A DNA stretch of 64,000 bases from Azolla caroliniana (lineage: Eukaryota; Plantae; Polypodiophyta). A model generated the notes under the pieces. That model did no database searches and was not told the origin of the DNA. It was given only the letters and a program-made list of their open reading frames with translations. Position numbers and translations under genes: made by a program. Numbering within the stretch: the first letter of the stretch is position 1; every line of letters begins with the position of its first letter. Positions 22,848 to 35,534 of the stretch are shown here, in pieces. The stretch covers positions 11,222,001 through 11,286,000 of the forward strand of contig JBHGNT010000009.1 of NCBI GenBank assembly GCA_043228905.1. Direction: 5' to 3'.

Positions 22848-23398
22848 TGTTGAGATACAAGCTCAACATGGGCCGAATCGGTTGAAGACTGATCGACTAG
22901 GCCCGAATCGGCTAAGAAGTCGAGAGCCAAATCGAAGAAAGTTCGACTCAAGAGAGCCAAGTCGGAGGGATTCTGGTAGGCTCTTAGGGGCTTATATTCC
23001 TATTATAGTAAATAGGAATATTGGAGGCAAAATTAGTGTTAGGCTCATTTATGAGCATTCTAGTACTGATGGTACTTGTGTCAGCCCACTTGTCAGGGCT
23101 TGTATAAAAAGTGCTCACTCAACACATTGTAAGTACACTGAGTTTTTTCTTGTAATCGAAATATCATTGTCTACTACACTTAATCTCTCTCTCTCTCTCT
23201 CTCTCTTATTCTGTGCTTAACCAACTTTCGAGTTTCCGAATAATCGGCTGTGTACTCAGTCGGTGTCTTTCGCACTCACTTCCGCACACGAATACTTTTT
23301 CACCAACCAACCTTCGTCTATCTAAGAGAGATTGTCAAACATCTAGTCTAGAGGGGGATCATATGAATTGTGTTTCATCACATGTCATTCCTAATTCA
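22848..23398 (+). repeat. 3' LTR of the copia host element
   Basis: Starts TGTTG directly after PPT GAGGGGGAG; TATAAAA near 23103; ends TTCA where a minus-strand copia RT begins. Confidence 0.75.
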
Positions 23399-23690
23399 TG
23401 GTGTAGCTTTTGATTGTGGTCGAGGGGAGTTGAGATTGGTTGGCTATCCATCATGTCAAACTTGCACAACATATTCAAGACATAATGTCATTAATATGAC
23501 TTCGAGAGTGCGAATCACTTTGATCCCAAGGAAGTAATGAACGATCCCCAAGTCCTTCATATCAAATGCATCCAACAATTGGGATTTGACCAGTTGATTT
23601 CGGGCAGGTCGGCTCTTGTAATGACTAAGTCATCCACATAGAGCAATATGCATATCAGGCTTGCACGACCTTTTCGGATAAATAGCAGAC
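23399..23690 (-). mobile_element. Copia RT fragment
   Basis: Minus-strand LYVDDLVIT, FDMKDLG, YFLGI and TPLDHN motifs. Confidence 0.8.
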
Positions 23691-24020
23691 AATAATACTT
23701 TTATTACAAAAAGACTTTGTACATAGAATGTGCCCAAAGAGCACTTTTTTAAAAAGTCTTGACCGAGGGCTAACAAATACTTGATTGCTCATTAACTGAG
23801 CATTTGGCATTGAGTCCCAAAAATATTCCTATTACTATGAATAGGAACATCAGTCCTAATGGCCTATTGGCTCCCCGTCGATCCGGCCTAGCCGATCGGC
23901 GTTCGTCTGATCAAACTCTTGGCTTTTTCAACCGATCCAAGCCTAGACGATCGTTCCATGTCCTATCCGGCTCACGTCTTCTTCAACCGATCCAGCCCAT
24001 GTTGAGCTTGTCATTCAATA
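23691..24020 (-). repeat. Partial LTR of the same family as 22848-23398
   Basis: Reverse complement begins TATTGAATGACAAGCTCAAC, compared with TGTTGAGATACAAGCTCAAC at 22848; shares a TAGGAATATT block. Confidence 0.55.
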
Positions 24021-24039
24021 GTGGCCAAGGGCAATGTAC

Positions 24040-25602
24040 TAACACATGACATCGACTAGACGAGACCTTCGCGCCAGTAGCGAAGATTGTTGACAATGTG
24101 AGTGTCTTTGTCAGCTACTAATAGATGAGATGATGGATGACTGATGTAGAAACATATGAGGATTCTTTGTGTGGAGTTAGCAAACGAACAACTAATCAGA
24201 TGAAGGTTAAGATTCTCTATTCCTATCAAGAAGGTCTACAGAGAGAGAGAGGGGTACACATAGTTTTCTCAAGAGACTATCTTATAGTACCACAAAACTC
24301 TCTTTACAAGGTCAATTACCCACTTATATAGTTAGTTTAATTGTGTGTTCCCACTAGAGTTACAACATAGGGTGGAGTGGGACTTTATCGGGCAACAAAG
24401 ATGATGATGGTCTGTGTGGTGCTAGCGGTAGTAGCAGCGAAGGGGTGGTATCTCCATCAAATGGATGTGACAAATGTGTTCCTGCAAGGCAATCTTGAGA
24501 AACATGTGTACATGGTACAACCCCCCATATTACGGTCCAAGTTGAACAAGTCACTTTATGGCCTCAAGCAAGCCCCACAAGTTTGGAACTCTAAGATCAT
24601 GTAACGACTGCGTCAAATGGGGTTTCAGGTCTCTAAATCTAACTCATCTCTATTCATCCAGAAATGCCAGAAGGGTCTGATCTACATATTGTTGTACGTG
24701 GATGACTTAGTCATCACCGGTGCCGACCTTGCTGAAATCGGCCAAGTCAAGTCCCAATTGTTGATTGCATTCGAGATGAAGGACTTGGGGGACCTTAATT
24801 ACTTCCTCGAGATCGAAGTGATTTGCACCAACGACGACATATTGATTAGTTAATGCCACTATGTGTTGAGTATTTTGTACAAGTTCGACATGAAGGATTA
24901 TCGATTTGTCACAACTCCTCTTGACTGAAACTTGAAGCTTCACCATGTCTCAAGAGCAGCTTGCAATGAGAAATGGTTCCGACATGTTGTTAGAAGCCTC
25001 ATCTATCTTACGATCACATGACTTGATTTGAGCTATCCAGTCGGCATGATCAACCAATTCATGTAGATGCCAACAATCGAGCACCTTCAATGTGTGCACA
25101 GAATATTGTGATATGTTAGTGGCACAAAGGATTGCGTGTTGCTATATCGACACGACGTAGGTAAACAGTTGGTTAGTTACACATATGTCGATTGGGCCAG
25201 AAACGCCGCATATCGTCGATCAACATCTGGATTCACGTTCTCCCTTAAGAGCACGATGATCGCGTGGAGTAGTAAGAAACAACCAATAGTGGCACTAATG
25301 AGTACTGAGACTGAATACAGAGTAGTGGTTGTTGCTACATGCGAGGCCGTATGGCTCAAATAGTTGTTGCGGGATTTGCAGGTGGAGGTTGCCAACCCAA
25401 TCCCGATCTACTGTGATAGCATAAGTAGTATGCAGCTGGTGGAGAACCTTGTCTTCCATGTTCACATCAAGCACATAGAGGTGCACTACCACGTCATGCG
25501 TGAACGGGTCTTGAGCGGTGTAGTTAAACTAAGGTATGTTTAGACTGATCGGCAGGTGGCCGATATATTCACCAAGTCACTTGGACTACTCAAGTTACGA
25601 TA
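24040..25602 (+). mobile_element. Degenerate copia RT-RNase H
   Basis: [41 protein letters not shown]...RRSTSG, HIKHIEVHYH, ADIFTKSL. Confidence 0.9.
24088..24397. mobile_element. Solo LTR (310 bp), TSD AAGAT
   Basis: TGTTG...CAACA flanked by AAGAT at 24083-24087 and 24398-24402; interrupts FAPVAK|M. Confidence 0.85.
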
Positions 25603-27306
25603 TGTTAGAATATAGGACCGGCCACAACCAGTTCTCAAGCTACTTTGAGGAATGACAAGAACACAAAAAACACAAAAAACAGATAACATCGAGACACAAT
25701 ATTTAACGTGGAAACCCTGAAATAGGGAAAACCACAGGAGCCCACAGACTCCAAATAGAATCACTATATTGAGAGGAAATACACAAATAAAAATCTTAAG
25801 GAAACGGCCTTAAGTTCTTCTTCATCTAAATGACAACTACAACGTTACAACTCTCGCACACACTCTCTCACTCTAGTTACAGAGGCAACTATACACTATA
25901 TCTTTTACAACAATGATGATCCTTACCTAACTACTTGGCCTAACTATATGTATACTCATATACACGATATGAGCTATTTACAAATATAGTCCACTAAGGG
26001 CACTATTAAAGTTACAATGCGGAAGCTTTGACGAACTCGTTTATCGGGACAACTACAGAAAACAAAGAATAAAGGTTTAATGGAAGCTTAGGAACAAAGA
26101 ATACACAAGAGAGACAGAGAAAGAGCAGAAAGCCTAAACTCTATTAAAAAAATAATACTCTATAACACTCTGTGCATGGGATGTGCTCTGTGAGCACTCT
26201 TTATACAAGTCCTTATATAGACTGACAGAAGTACTGACAAATACTTCAATGCTCATACAAGCGATTGACGCTAACTACGAGGACCATGACTACCTAGTAG
26301 TCTAGAAGCATAGACCTTTGAACGGCCTATCGGTACACACGTGGGTCCGGCTCTTCGATCCGTCTCCCTAATCCTGATCTGGCTCTAGCTTATCCAGTCG
26401 ATCCGGATCCGGTTGAGCTTGCTCGCTCAACAGGCACATTGAGGCTATTTACAATTATAACCCCTTGAGTCAGCTTTGACCGATTCGGCTACTAGCCGAA
26501 TTGATTATTACCTGATTTTTCGACTTCGACCAAGTCACTATTGACTGATTCAACTTACTCTTCTCTTCGGCTCGCGTTCTCCTTTCCATCCAGAGGGACT
26601 TGTTTCCTAACAAACTCCCCCTTCACTTCGGCATGGGTTGCTTCATCAACACAACATGTTTTCTGCACACATCCAACTTCTCTGCTAACAACACCTTCTT
26701 CAGCATGTCCGATCCGTTGTCATTTGTGTGGATCTTTACTAAAGCAAATTCCTTTTCTTCAACTCGCACCCGGAGCCAATGGTATCTCCTCTAGATGTGC
26801 TTGGTCCTCGAGTGGTAGGCAACATTCTTCGTAAGGTGGATGGTACTTTGGTTTTCGTAGTAGAGTCAGAATTCCTCCTATCGAATCCCCACCTCTCCGA
26901 TGAACTCCTTCACCCAAACTATTTCCTTGTCAGCTTCTACAACAGCCATGTACTCGGCTTCTGTGGTTGACAACACCACGTCCTTTTGTTGCCTCGATTC
27001 CCATGAGACAGCTCCCCTTGCACAAGTCATCACATATCCGGACATGGACCGGCTGGTATCAACATCAGCCAACATGTCGGACTCCGTGAACCCTTCAAAC
27101 TCGAGGTTACGTGACCCGTATCGTAGGCACACACTTGAGGTGCCCCTCAGGTATCGAAATATCCACTTGATTGCAATCCAATGTTCCTTGTCGAGGTTGC
27201 TCATGAACCGGCTGACTACTACGACATCATACGCAATGTCCGGCCTAGTGCAAACCATTGCATACATTAGGATTCTGACCGTTGAGTAATATGGGATCTT
27301 GTTCAT
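25603..27306 (-). mobile_element. 3' end of a Tnt1/Tork-like copia: RT end, RNase H, PPT and 3' LTR (25603-26612)
   Basis: LMYAMVCTRPDIAY, LSTTEAEYMA, YHSRTKHI; PPT GAAGGGGGAGTT abuts the LTR starting TGTTAGGAAAC on the minus strand. Confidence 0.85.
26004..26432 (-). mobile_element. Solo LTR (429 bp) nested in the LTR at 25603-26612; TSD GGCAC
   Basis: GGCAC at 25999-26003 and 26433-26437; minus-strand start TGTTGAGCGAGCAAGCTCAAC resembles the LTR at 22848. Confidence 0.8.
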
Positions 27307-28559
27307 CAGAGATTAAACTTCTAATTACTATTAATTATTAGGCCTAAATTTTTTTACAAAATTAGGGACATAATGAGAAAGAGAGAGAGGGCTAGTCATT
27401 AATTGTTAATTAAAGTTAGCTAAAACATGTCAAATCTTGTGAAATAAGCATGTCAAATACCATTAATCCTAACCAAGAAACAACATCTGAGCATTCCCTT
27501 GTCTCTTCTGTAAGTGGCACAAAGTTTCAACACTATTTTTGCATGTCAAATACCTAAATGCATCATTAAAGGGGAACTTGTATACATCCCGAGATGATTA
27601 ATCAACAACACCTCAGAAAAATGGGCCACCAAAATGCGTAACTCTCTTTCCATAACAATACTGTTTTTGCATCCAAAATTTTAGCCACAAGATTGCATTT
27701 CCGAATAAGCATTTCTTCGCAGCATTTCCTTGCCAAAGTTGGTAAGAGTCCACAAATTAACATTTCGTCATAACATCTTACTGCTTCCATATCATGGCAA
27801 TGCAAGACTGCTTGGCTATGGAGTGATCCACAAGTGCTCCTGCCCTCTTCAATGATCCACAGATCCCCGTAGCCAATAGTTTCACCCATATACCTAAATA
27901 GTCTCTGAATCCACAACAACATTCGAATGGGTAGATATTACATTAATAAGGCTAGTCAATATACAATGTGAGGCCACATTTTCAAAATTCAGCCACGTTT
28001 ACAAAATTTGATGCATACAAAGATTACAACATCCTCAGCATACAAAATTTACAAAGTTTGCTACATACAAAGTTTACAATATCCTCTGTGTACAGAGTTT
28101 ACAAAATCTGTCGTATACAAGAGCTCTCGTATACAAAATTTACAAAATACACCCACCAGCCACAATTGGAAATCCCAAAACCCGTCGAGCCCAACTTGCG
28201 ACTTGAAACCGAAGGGAATCCACATCATATTGGGTGAACCACATCTTTGTGCCCTATCAACAAATATGTATAAGAACAAGATCCAACAAAATCCGAGGAG
28301 AGACATCCATTTACAAACCGACTTACAAATCCTGGAGATATCCATCCAAGAATAAACTCCTCGGTCAGCATTTGTATAGTCTTCATCACATAAAAGCCAC
28401 AATCCTAACCATTTGGTTGAGTTGGGATGTGCATTACATGATGTCGACCTTGCAACGCGATGTCATGGTCTTTCAGTGCTCTAGATATTGTCCGAATCGC
28501 GATGTCTACAAGAGCAAAAGCATGAACCTAAAATCAAGCAAAAACATGAATTTTAAATC

Positions 28560-29296
28560 AAGCATGAATCTAAGGTCAAGCAAACACTAAACCCTATTTC
28601 AAGCAAAAAGAAATCATATAGAAATCCACCAAAACCGCAAATATTTTCTGGAACCCTAAACCCTCGACATGATAAACATGATTTACACCAAGAAATTTAA
28701 TCACAACTCAAGTAAAACCCTAAATAATCAATAATCAACCATCAAGAAAAACCCTAACATTTTCCTGAACCCTAAACTTGTGACATGAAAAATGGCATTT
28801 ACGCCAAAAAACCTAGTAACCATATATATACCAAACCCCAAATAATCAAATATCAATAATCAACAATCCATTATCATGCAAAACCCTAAACATTTTCTAA
28901 AATAAATGTTCAAGAAAAAACATTACATTTTTCTAAACCCTCAACATGAGAATAATGATTTACACCCAAACTTTTTTGTAGAAAAAGTAGAAACAAGTAA
29001 AATACTTACCTTTGGTGTAAATGGGGGCGAAGGTAGATGTGGCGAATGAGAGAAAATGATAGGTCATACCTGGCCGAAAATCTTTCCCGGTAAAAAACCC
29101 TGAAAATCTCGTTTGAAAAATGAGGAAAATGACAAGTTTCTCATATTTATATTGTATACATTAGGTTGGGCGACCTAATTAAAATAGGTTGGGCAACCAA
29201 AGTTGGCTAATAGGTTGGGTGACCACGTAACAGTTGGTAGGTTGGGCGACCAAAATAGGTAGTCGGGAGACCTAATTAAAATAGGTTGGGCGACCT
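28560..29296. repeat. Cluster of AAACCCTA motifs followed by about six AGGTTGGGCGACC short repeats; possible DNA-transposon subterminal region
   Basis: Repeated AAACCCTA(A) at 28589-28945; AGGTTGGGCGACC variants at 29162-29295. No TIR or TSD pair was found. Confidence 0.45.
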
Positions 29297-29570
29297 CTGA
29301 CAACTTTTTTTATCGCGCGTGTTTTTTTTCTCCTCAAATCGAACGGTGCAGATCGCACGCGTCCTCTATTGAGCGACCGACACCGTCTCTGGGCCGCAAA
29401 GAGCCCTCTTCTCTATTTATGATTTGGTAGCTAATAGACATAGACAGGTCGTTAGCTGTCTCGCATTCTATGTATGTATTCTAAATTTGTGTTGTGGGGC
29501 GACGTATACATACTATATCCTTGACTTAACATGGAATGGTCGTCAATGTGATCTGCTGCTACTACAACTG

Positions 29571-29603
29571 CAGGAGGAGGAGGAGGAGGAGGAGGAGGAG
29601 GAG
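29571..29603. repeat. (GAG)n microsatellite in the probable 5' UTR of TIP41
   Basis: Directly visible, about 45 bp upstream of the ATG. Confidence 0.85.
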
Positions 29604-29647
29604 GTGTACGTCATAAATATAATCGAGAGCTCCTCCCCACACAGGAG

Positions 29648-32600
29648 ATGGAGGACGAAGAGGAGAAGGAGAAGCAAGAAGCTTTGCGACGAATCGGAGC
29701 TCATATCATCGCCGCCACCACCATCAGAGGCGGACACGACCAGAAAGGCCATGTCCATGGAATCGAAGCTTGTGGATGGAAGATCACAACGAAGAAGCAT
29801 TCCATCTTAAAAATGCACGCGAGAGAACAGTAAAATCTCCCTCCTTCTCTCCCTCCCTCTCTCCCTCTCTCTAATCATTCTTCCTAGGGTTTGAAACATA
29901 TAGTAACCTATCATGAAGAAGAAGAAACGTTATAATAACAAGCGATACAAAAAACTCACGAAACTCTGATGCCTTATGGATAGTATGATGTCGTCTTTTG
30001 ATATCTCCAGTAGGTTCAGATTCAGGTTCAATCACGTCTGGTGATGGTATATACACATAGATTCATTCAACAACACTCACATGTATCAATCACTAGTCTT
30101 TGACCTGGATTGTCAACACCAAATATATCAATCTAGGACTTTTAGTTTCAATCACATTTACTAACAATTAATGTATTCAAGGGATTTTCAAGATCATATA
30201 TATACATAGCAACGGAGAGCGCATGAATAAGAACAAATAGCATATTTTGTCTAGTTTATCTCATAACATGTGCAATGACAAAATATTAGCTGAGAAAGGG
30301 AGGGAGAAAGAGATTGTAATTATGTGACCATTGTTCAGCTTGCCATGGGGCCTGAGAGTATCGCTTCCTGTTGATTGCCAACAGCTGATTCTATAGTAAT
30401 GGCAACCAATGTTATATATATATGTATATGTATATATTTGCAACGTAAATGATATGAGATATACAAATTGTCTTTCTTTATCTTCCTCATGAGCCAGACT
30501 AGTTTAGATGTAGGAATATGTTTTATATATTCTATTATTGCTTACAGTAGTCAATCTACCCTTTTAAGTCAAGAGCAGTTGATAGTCTCAGGACCTAATG
30601 TCGAGCTACTGAATACAGTCCAAATAATTACTCTTCATCAGATAGTCTATAGTATGTGCGTTTGTTGGTACATGAATTAGGGAAAATATATCATGTTATG
30701 TGCATGCTATAATTTTGTATATGTATACTTTCATGACGAGCCTGTGCAGGCATTCGTTGTTAATATTGTGACTGCAACTGAAAGTAGTGCTGCTGGAGGT
30801 GCAAGCGGAGGAATATATTTCTCAACCTCCTGAAGTTTAAGGCAATATACTCCCACTAAGTGATTGGAATTTCATGAACTAAATTTTATGAGAGTTTTCA
30901 TGCCGAGAAAAAAGCATAAATCAAACTAAAAGCTCATGTGATTTGGTTCTTCTGTTAGGGTTTGAACCGATAATGAGCTCAAGAAAGCATGAAGAACCAT
31001 GCCTGATTCATTATATTTGCTCTGTTGAACACTTATTATAAAAGAATGCATAGAAAACCATGCCCAAGCATTGAGGCTAGCCCTAGGTTTCAAACACACA
31101 TCATCAAACAAGAAAACATAAAAACCATGGCTGATTTAGGGTTGTACTTCCTGTTTACATTGGGAATTACATGCTTATTTTTAGAGTTTAAACAAGAAAA
31201 TCTACGTTTCTTTCTAGAAGATTGCAAAAAGTTTCCACATTATCATTTCTTTTTGTTGTCAATGGACAAACTACTGAAATTCTATTCAAAATTTGAGAAA
31301 AGCCAGTTATTTTCTGAGGAGAAGACTAGCGTTTAGGCTGAAAACTTTTTACGAAAACAAATCTCAGTAGAAAACATATGAAATTGTATGTTTTGCATGC
31401 ATCCATCATCATGTTTGGCCTTGTTACAGACACATGTTCTCCATTTCGAGAAGGATTCATGAAGTAGGCAATACATATTGGAAAGTATCAGGTTCAGCCT
31501 TTAACAAATATTTGATGTCATTCCGCTGTTATCAGCGGTGGATATTTGCAGTTGTGTAATCCGTTTTGTCTTTTTCCTTGAAAAAGACTATTAACGCCGA
31601 GATGCTTAGATCTAACATGAGCATTCTCAAAAGTATAGCGGTGTAAGTATCTCAAACGATAGTGATTTTGTCTAATCCAACTTACCTGCAGATGGGAGAA
31701 GATGCTTGGTACAACACACCTTCCTGAAATGGTGTTTGGTGACAGCTCATTAGAGCTTATTCACAAAGCCTCGGGTATTCATATTCATTTCAATGCCTTC
31801 GATGCCCTTCATGAATGGAAAAAGGAGGCATTGCCACCTGTCGAGGTTCCTGCCGCCGCTAAATGGAAAAATAGAAGGTCTGTTTGCATCTTTATTCATA
31901 TCTTGATATAATTCTAGTCTTAAAGTTTCAGTTCTAGAGGTTTATGAATTTGATTCAGTTTTTATATCTTGCTGGAATCAGCAAACCGAGTCAAGAGATT
32001 GTATTGAATTACGATTACACATTCACAACGGCTTACAGCGGTAGCGCAATCATTGAGTGCGATGAAGAACAAAAGGTTCTTTATTTTCTCTTGAAGAAAG
32101 AGCTTATCTTTATTATCATCAAAAGGAAAAAATGATGTTTTCACAGTTTTTAACAATATCGTGTTTTAGTGAAGACATATAAATGGAAAATATAAAGTAA
32201 GCGTTTAACATGAGATCTACATGTGCCAATGTTTAGGACAAGGACGAAATGCACAATGCTTGACTTCAGATTAATGTGCTTAAATGGGGCGTTTTTTTAA
32301 TAGTTATAATTTGCTAAGAAAGTTGAAGACCTTGTTAGAGACTTCAGACAAAAATTTTCATCGTTAATAATTTTTTTACCCTAGTCTTTTCTTGTTATCA
32401 CATAAGATTGGTAATGTCAATTGATAAGTCGAGAAAATTTCTTTAATCCTTTCTGACTAGCAGAACAACAAGAAGCAATGCTAACATATTGAGATAATTG
32501 TCAGGAAAGATCCTCTCTAGGTACATTCCTAGTTTACATAAGGGAACTAGTAAAGTTTTTAAAGCAAATATGCCTAGTGTTAGTCAAAACCTTCTTAACG

Positions 32601-35461
32601 AACTAACCTAATTTACTCTCACCTCCCAATACATTTACGCTTGTGCACTTCTATGTACATCAAATTCGAAGGAGACTTATTCCTCCATGCATTGGCATGG
32701 GATCTACAGGTAAACCTTTAGTCCCAAATAGGATGGCATTAACCCCAGGTCTGTGAGCTTGAACTGGGAACCTCAGCTTCCACTTGATACAACCAAGATG
32801 ACCTTCAGTGCTCCCAGTTAGGAACAACATGGCCACGTACATCACAAGTACTATCATATACACACCTTCTGTTTTGATATAGAAGGCAGGATTTGTTAGT
32901 CATCCCTTAAATCTGCCATCAATGAGGAATCCATTATTAACTCGTACCTAACTATTGGTGCTTGCTTCAACCCATATAAAGCTTTCTGCAACTGCGATAT
33001 CCTTCTTTCTGAATCAGGCAGCTCAGAATACTGTTGATTTCTCCAGAATTTGTGTTCCTCGAGAATATCCATTCAGAAAAGATGGCTTCATATCCATTTG
33101 GCATATTGGCCACTTCCATGCCATAGACACTGCCAACATAAGCCGAATAGATCTGAGCCGTGCAGCTGGAGCAACTTATTCCTCAAAATCAGCTCCCCTA
33201 CATACCCATTCAGTCTTTCTTTATATTTGGCTACAGTCCAATCAGCGTTGTCCGTAGTCTTAAAGATCTTCAAGACGTCATCTCGATGACCTTCCTTTTC
33301 ACTTCCATAAGTTCCAAATCTGATTAAGTGTCAACAAACTATGAGATTTAGTGCTCACTTTTCAACTGCTCACTTGCCAAAGAAAGGAAATCATCATCAT
33401 CTTAAAACCAAGTTCTCACTTGCCAAAGATGATGACCAGCTAAGTGCTCACTTGCCAAAGAAAGGAAAATCACCTTTCGAAGGGCAAGCTGCCATCTCAT
33501 CATCATCACCTCACAACTGAAAGCTTCGACGTTTACTTTATAAATGAACAAAACGAAATCTTATCATCTGAAATGTTGACAGGAGCTTCAAATTGATGCA
33601 GAAACTTTATAAATTCCGAGATCTTTGGTGAAAATGCAGACTTGAGTTTGCATTTTAATTCCTGTTATGTTGTTTCATGCTTTCTTGCAATAAGCATGTC
33701 ATCGACATATAAAACCAAAATATTAGAACTGCCACTAGCTTCCTTTGTCATATAGAGACAAGGATCTGCCTTACTTTGAGTGAAGCCATTTGAGAGCATG
33801 AAAGATTCAAATTTCTTATACTATAGATGTGGGGATTGTTTCAGCCCATCGAGGCTGTGTCGAAGTTTACAAACTAAATCATTTCCTGGAATCATGAACC
33901 CTTCAGGCTGCAACATATAAAGCTCCTCATCCAGGTTTCCATGAAGGAAAACCGTCTTTTCATCCATTTGTTCTAACTCCAAATCCAGAAAGGCTGAAAT
34001 AGCGAAAAGTGTGCTAAATATAGTCATTGGATTACTAGAGCAAAAACCTCTTGAAAATTAATTCCTTGTACTTGTTTGTACCCTTTGGCTTGTAAACAAG
34101 CCATACACTTGGGTTTACCTTCTAGAGACTTTACCTTGTAGATCCACTTGTTGGGTAGCTCTATAAGATCCCATGTGTTATTCTCATGGAGTGCTTTGAT
34201 CTCCTCTTGGATAGCAAGTTCCCACTTGTTAGAATGCTCACATATCCTAGCCTCTTTAACTGTGAGGGGCTCCCCTTTATCTGTTAAAAAGAATTTGATG
34301 AAGAGATGGATCATACCTTTGGGTTGGACACCGCAACCGTGTTGATCTCCTAACCCAATGATCTACATTATCTGGAAATGGTTCGAAATCTAATGGAATA
34401 TTGTCTTGCTATTTTCAGCAGCTATTTGTTCATGTGTAGGTGGCTGTAATTGATCTTCATCTTCAGGGTCTAAAATTTATTGCTACAAGTCAATCAACGA
34501 CTTTACAAATGGGCTTCTGACCACGACATAGCAGGGGTTACAATAGATCGGGCAATAGCAATTTCCTGTGCACATAGGACTTCAGAACCCTTGTCATTGA
34601 CAGATAAAGACCATTATCTCCAGCCATTGCAAGTGCTTCCCTTGCTTTGGAGACCTCTCCATTCTAGATCGACCTATGTTAGAGATATTTCAAAAAAGAA
34701 TTACAATCTGATTTGAGAATCTTACATGTACCGATAGGTCGAGATCTTTCAAAAAATAATTACAATCTGACTTGAGAATCTTACATGTACTGATAACAAG
34801 ATTCGCTAGTCACTTTTTATCTTATTTAGTTTGTTTACTCAGTAACGTTTATTTTGGGTTTTGTTCTCAAAGATGATATAACAGTTAAGATATATTCTCT
34901 TGTTTGGTCTTATAGGCCATGTCGGCCTCTTGATGTGAGAAAAGCTGTTAATAACAGCAGCGGAAGACTTAAAACAAAATAGGCACAGCCAAGCTGTGAG
35001 AAGGCTGTTAGACAGCAGTAGAAAAAGCCAAGGAATAGAGCTTGTTTTAAGTAGCAAAAAAGAAAATGAAAACTTATACAAAAGAGGCTGGTATAGCCTA
35101 TTTATACAAAATTGGGGAATGTGGGTGAAATGGCTGTTTGGTAGTTTAAGTGACTCTTGTACTACCAAACAGGTACAAAAAACTAGGAATATCTTGGAAA
35201 AGGTAGAAGAGAGAAAAGGCATTTAAAGCATTGCAGATTCTAGAGAGAGAAGGCATTTAAAGAGTTGCAGATTCTAGAGAGAGAAGAATCTGAGAAAAGA
35301 GAGAATGTAGTACAGAGATAATAAATATGAAAGAGAGTGCAGGTCTGGAGCTGCCACCCTCCAACACCTCCTCTTAGCTCCAGAACGGCCATCAAACATT
35401 GAGTCGACCGAGGAGTTGATTAATGGCATGCCTTGGAAGCGGGAAATATATATATATATAT

Positions 35462-35534
<73 letters not shown>

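Larger units (their letters stand above)
2264..23398 (+). mobile_element. Degenerate Ty1/copia element (5' end missing) that hosts the nested gypsy elements; own segments are 2264-2360, 18771-20911 and 22068-23398
   Basis: The GVVETGDDTPQPIEHI...DVP protease region reads across the GAGAT TSD. It is followed by GAG-pre-integrase LWHKRF, integrase FIDDY / KIKCLRSDGGKEY, GYSDEQKGYKCYNP, the RNase H end IFAKPLGLDKL, and PPT GAGGGGGAG before an LTR at 22848. Confidence 0.85.

Noticed and set aside
27602-27922. 106-aa ORF as a host gene or plant mobile domain
   Set aside because: No convincing motif or splice structure; left as part of the unclassified element.
28589-28945. Interstitial telomere array
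   Set aside because: The AAACCCTA motifs are dispersed singly, not tandem TTTAGGG repeats.
29424-29810. 128-aa ORF with poly-E overlapping the TIP41 start
   Set aside because: Produced by the (GAG)n microsatellite and lacks an ATG start; the TIP41 frame from 29648 explains the region.
34839-35222. Hydrophobic 127-aa ORF repeated at 38881-39210
   Set aside because: Lies within the LTRs of element C; a compositional artefact.
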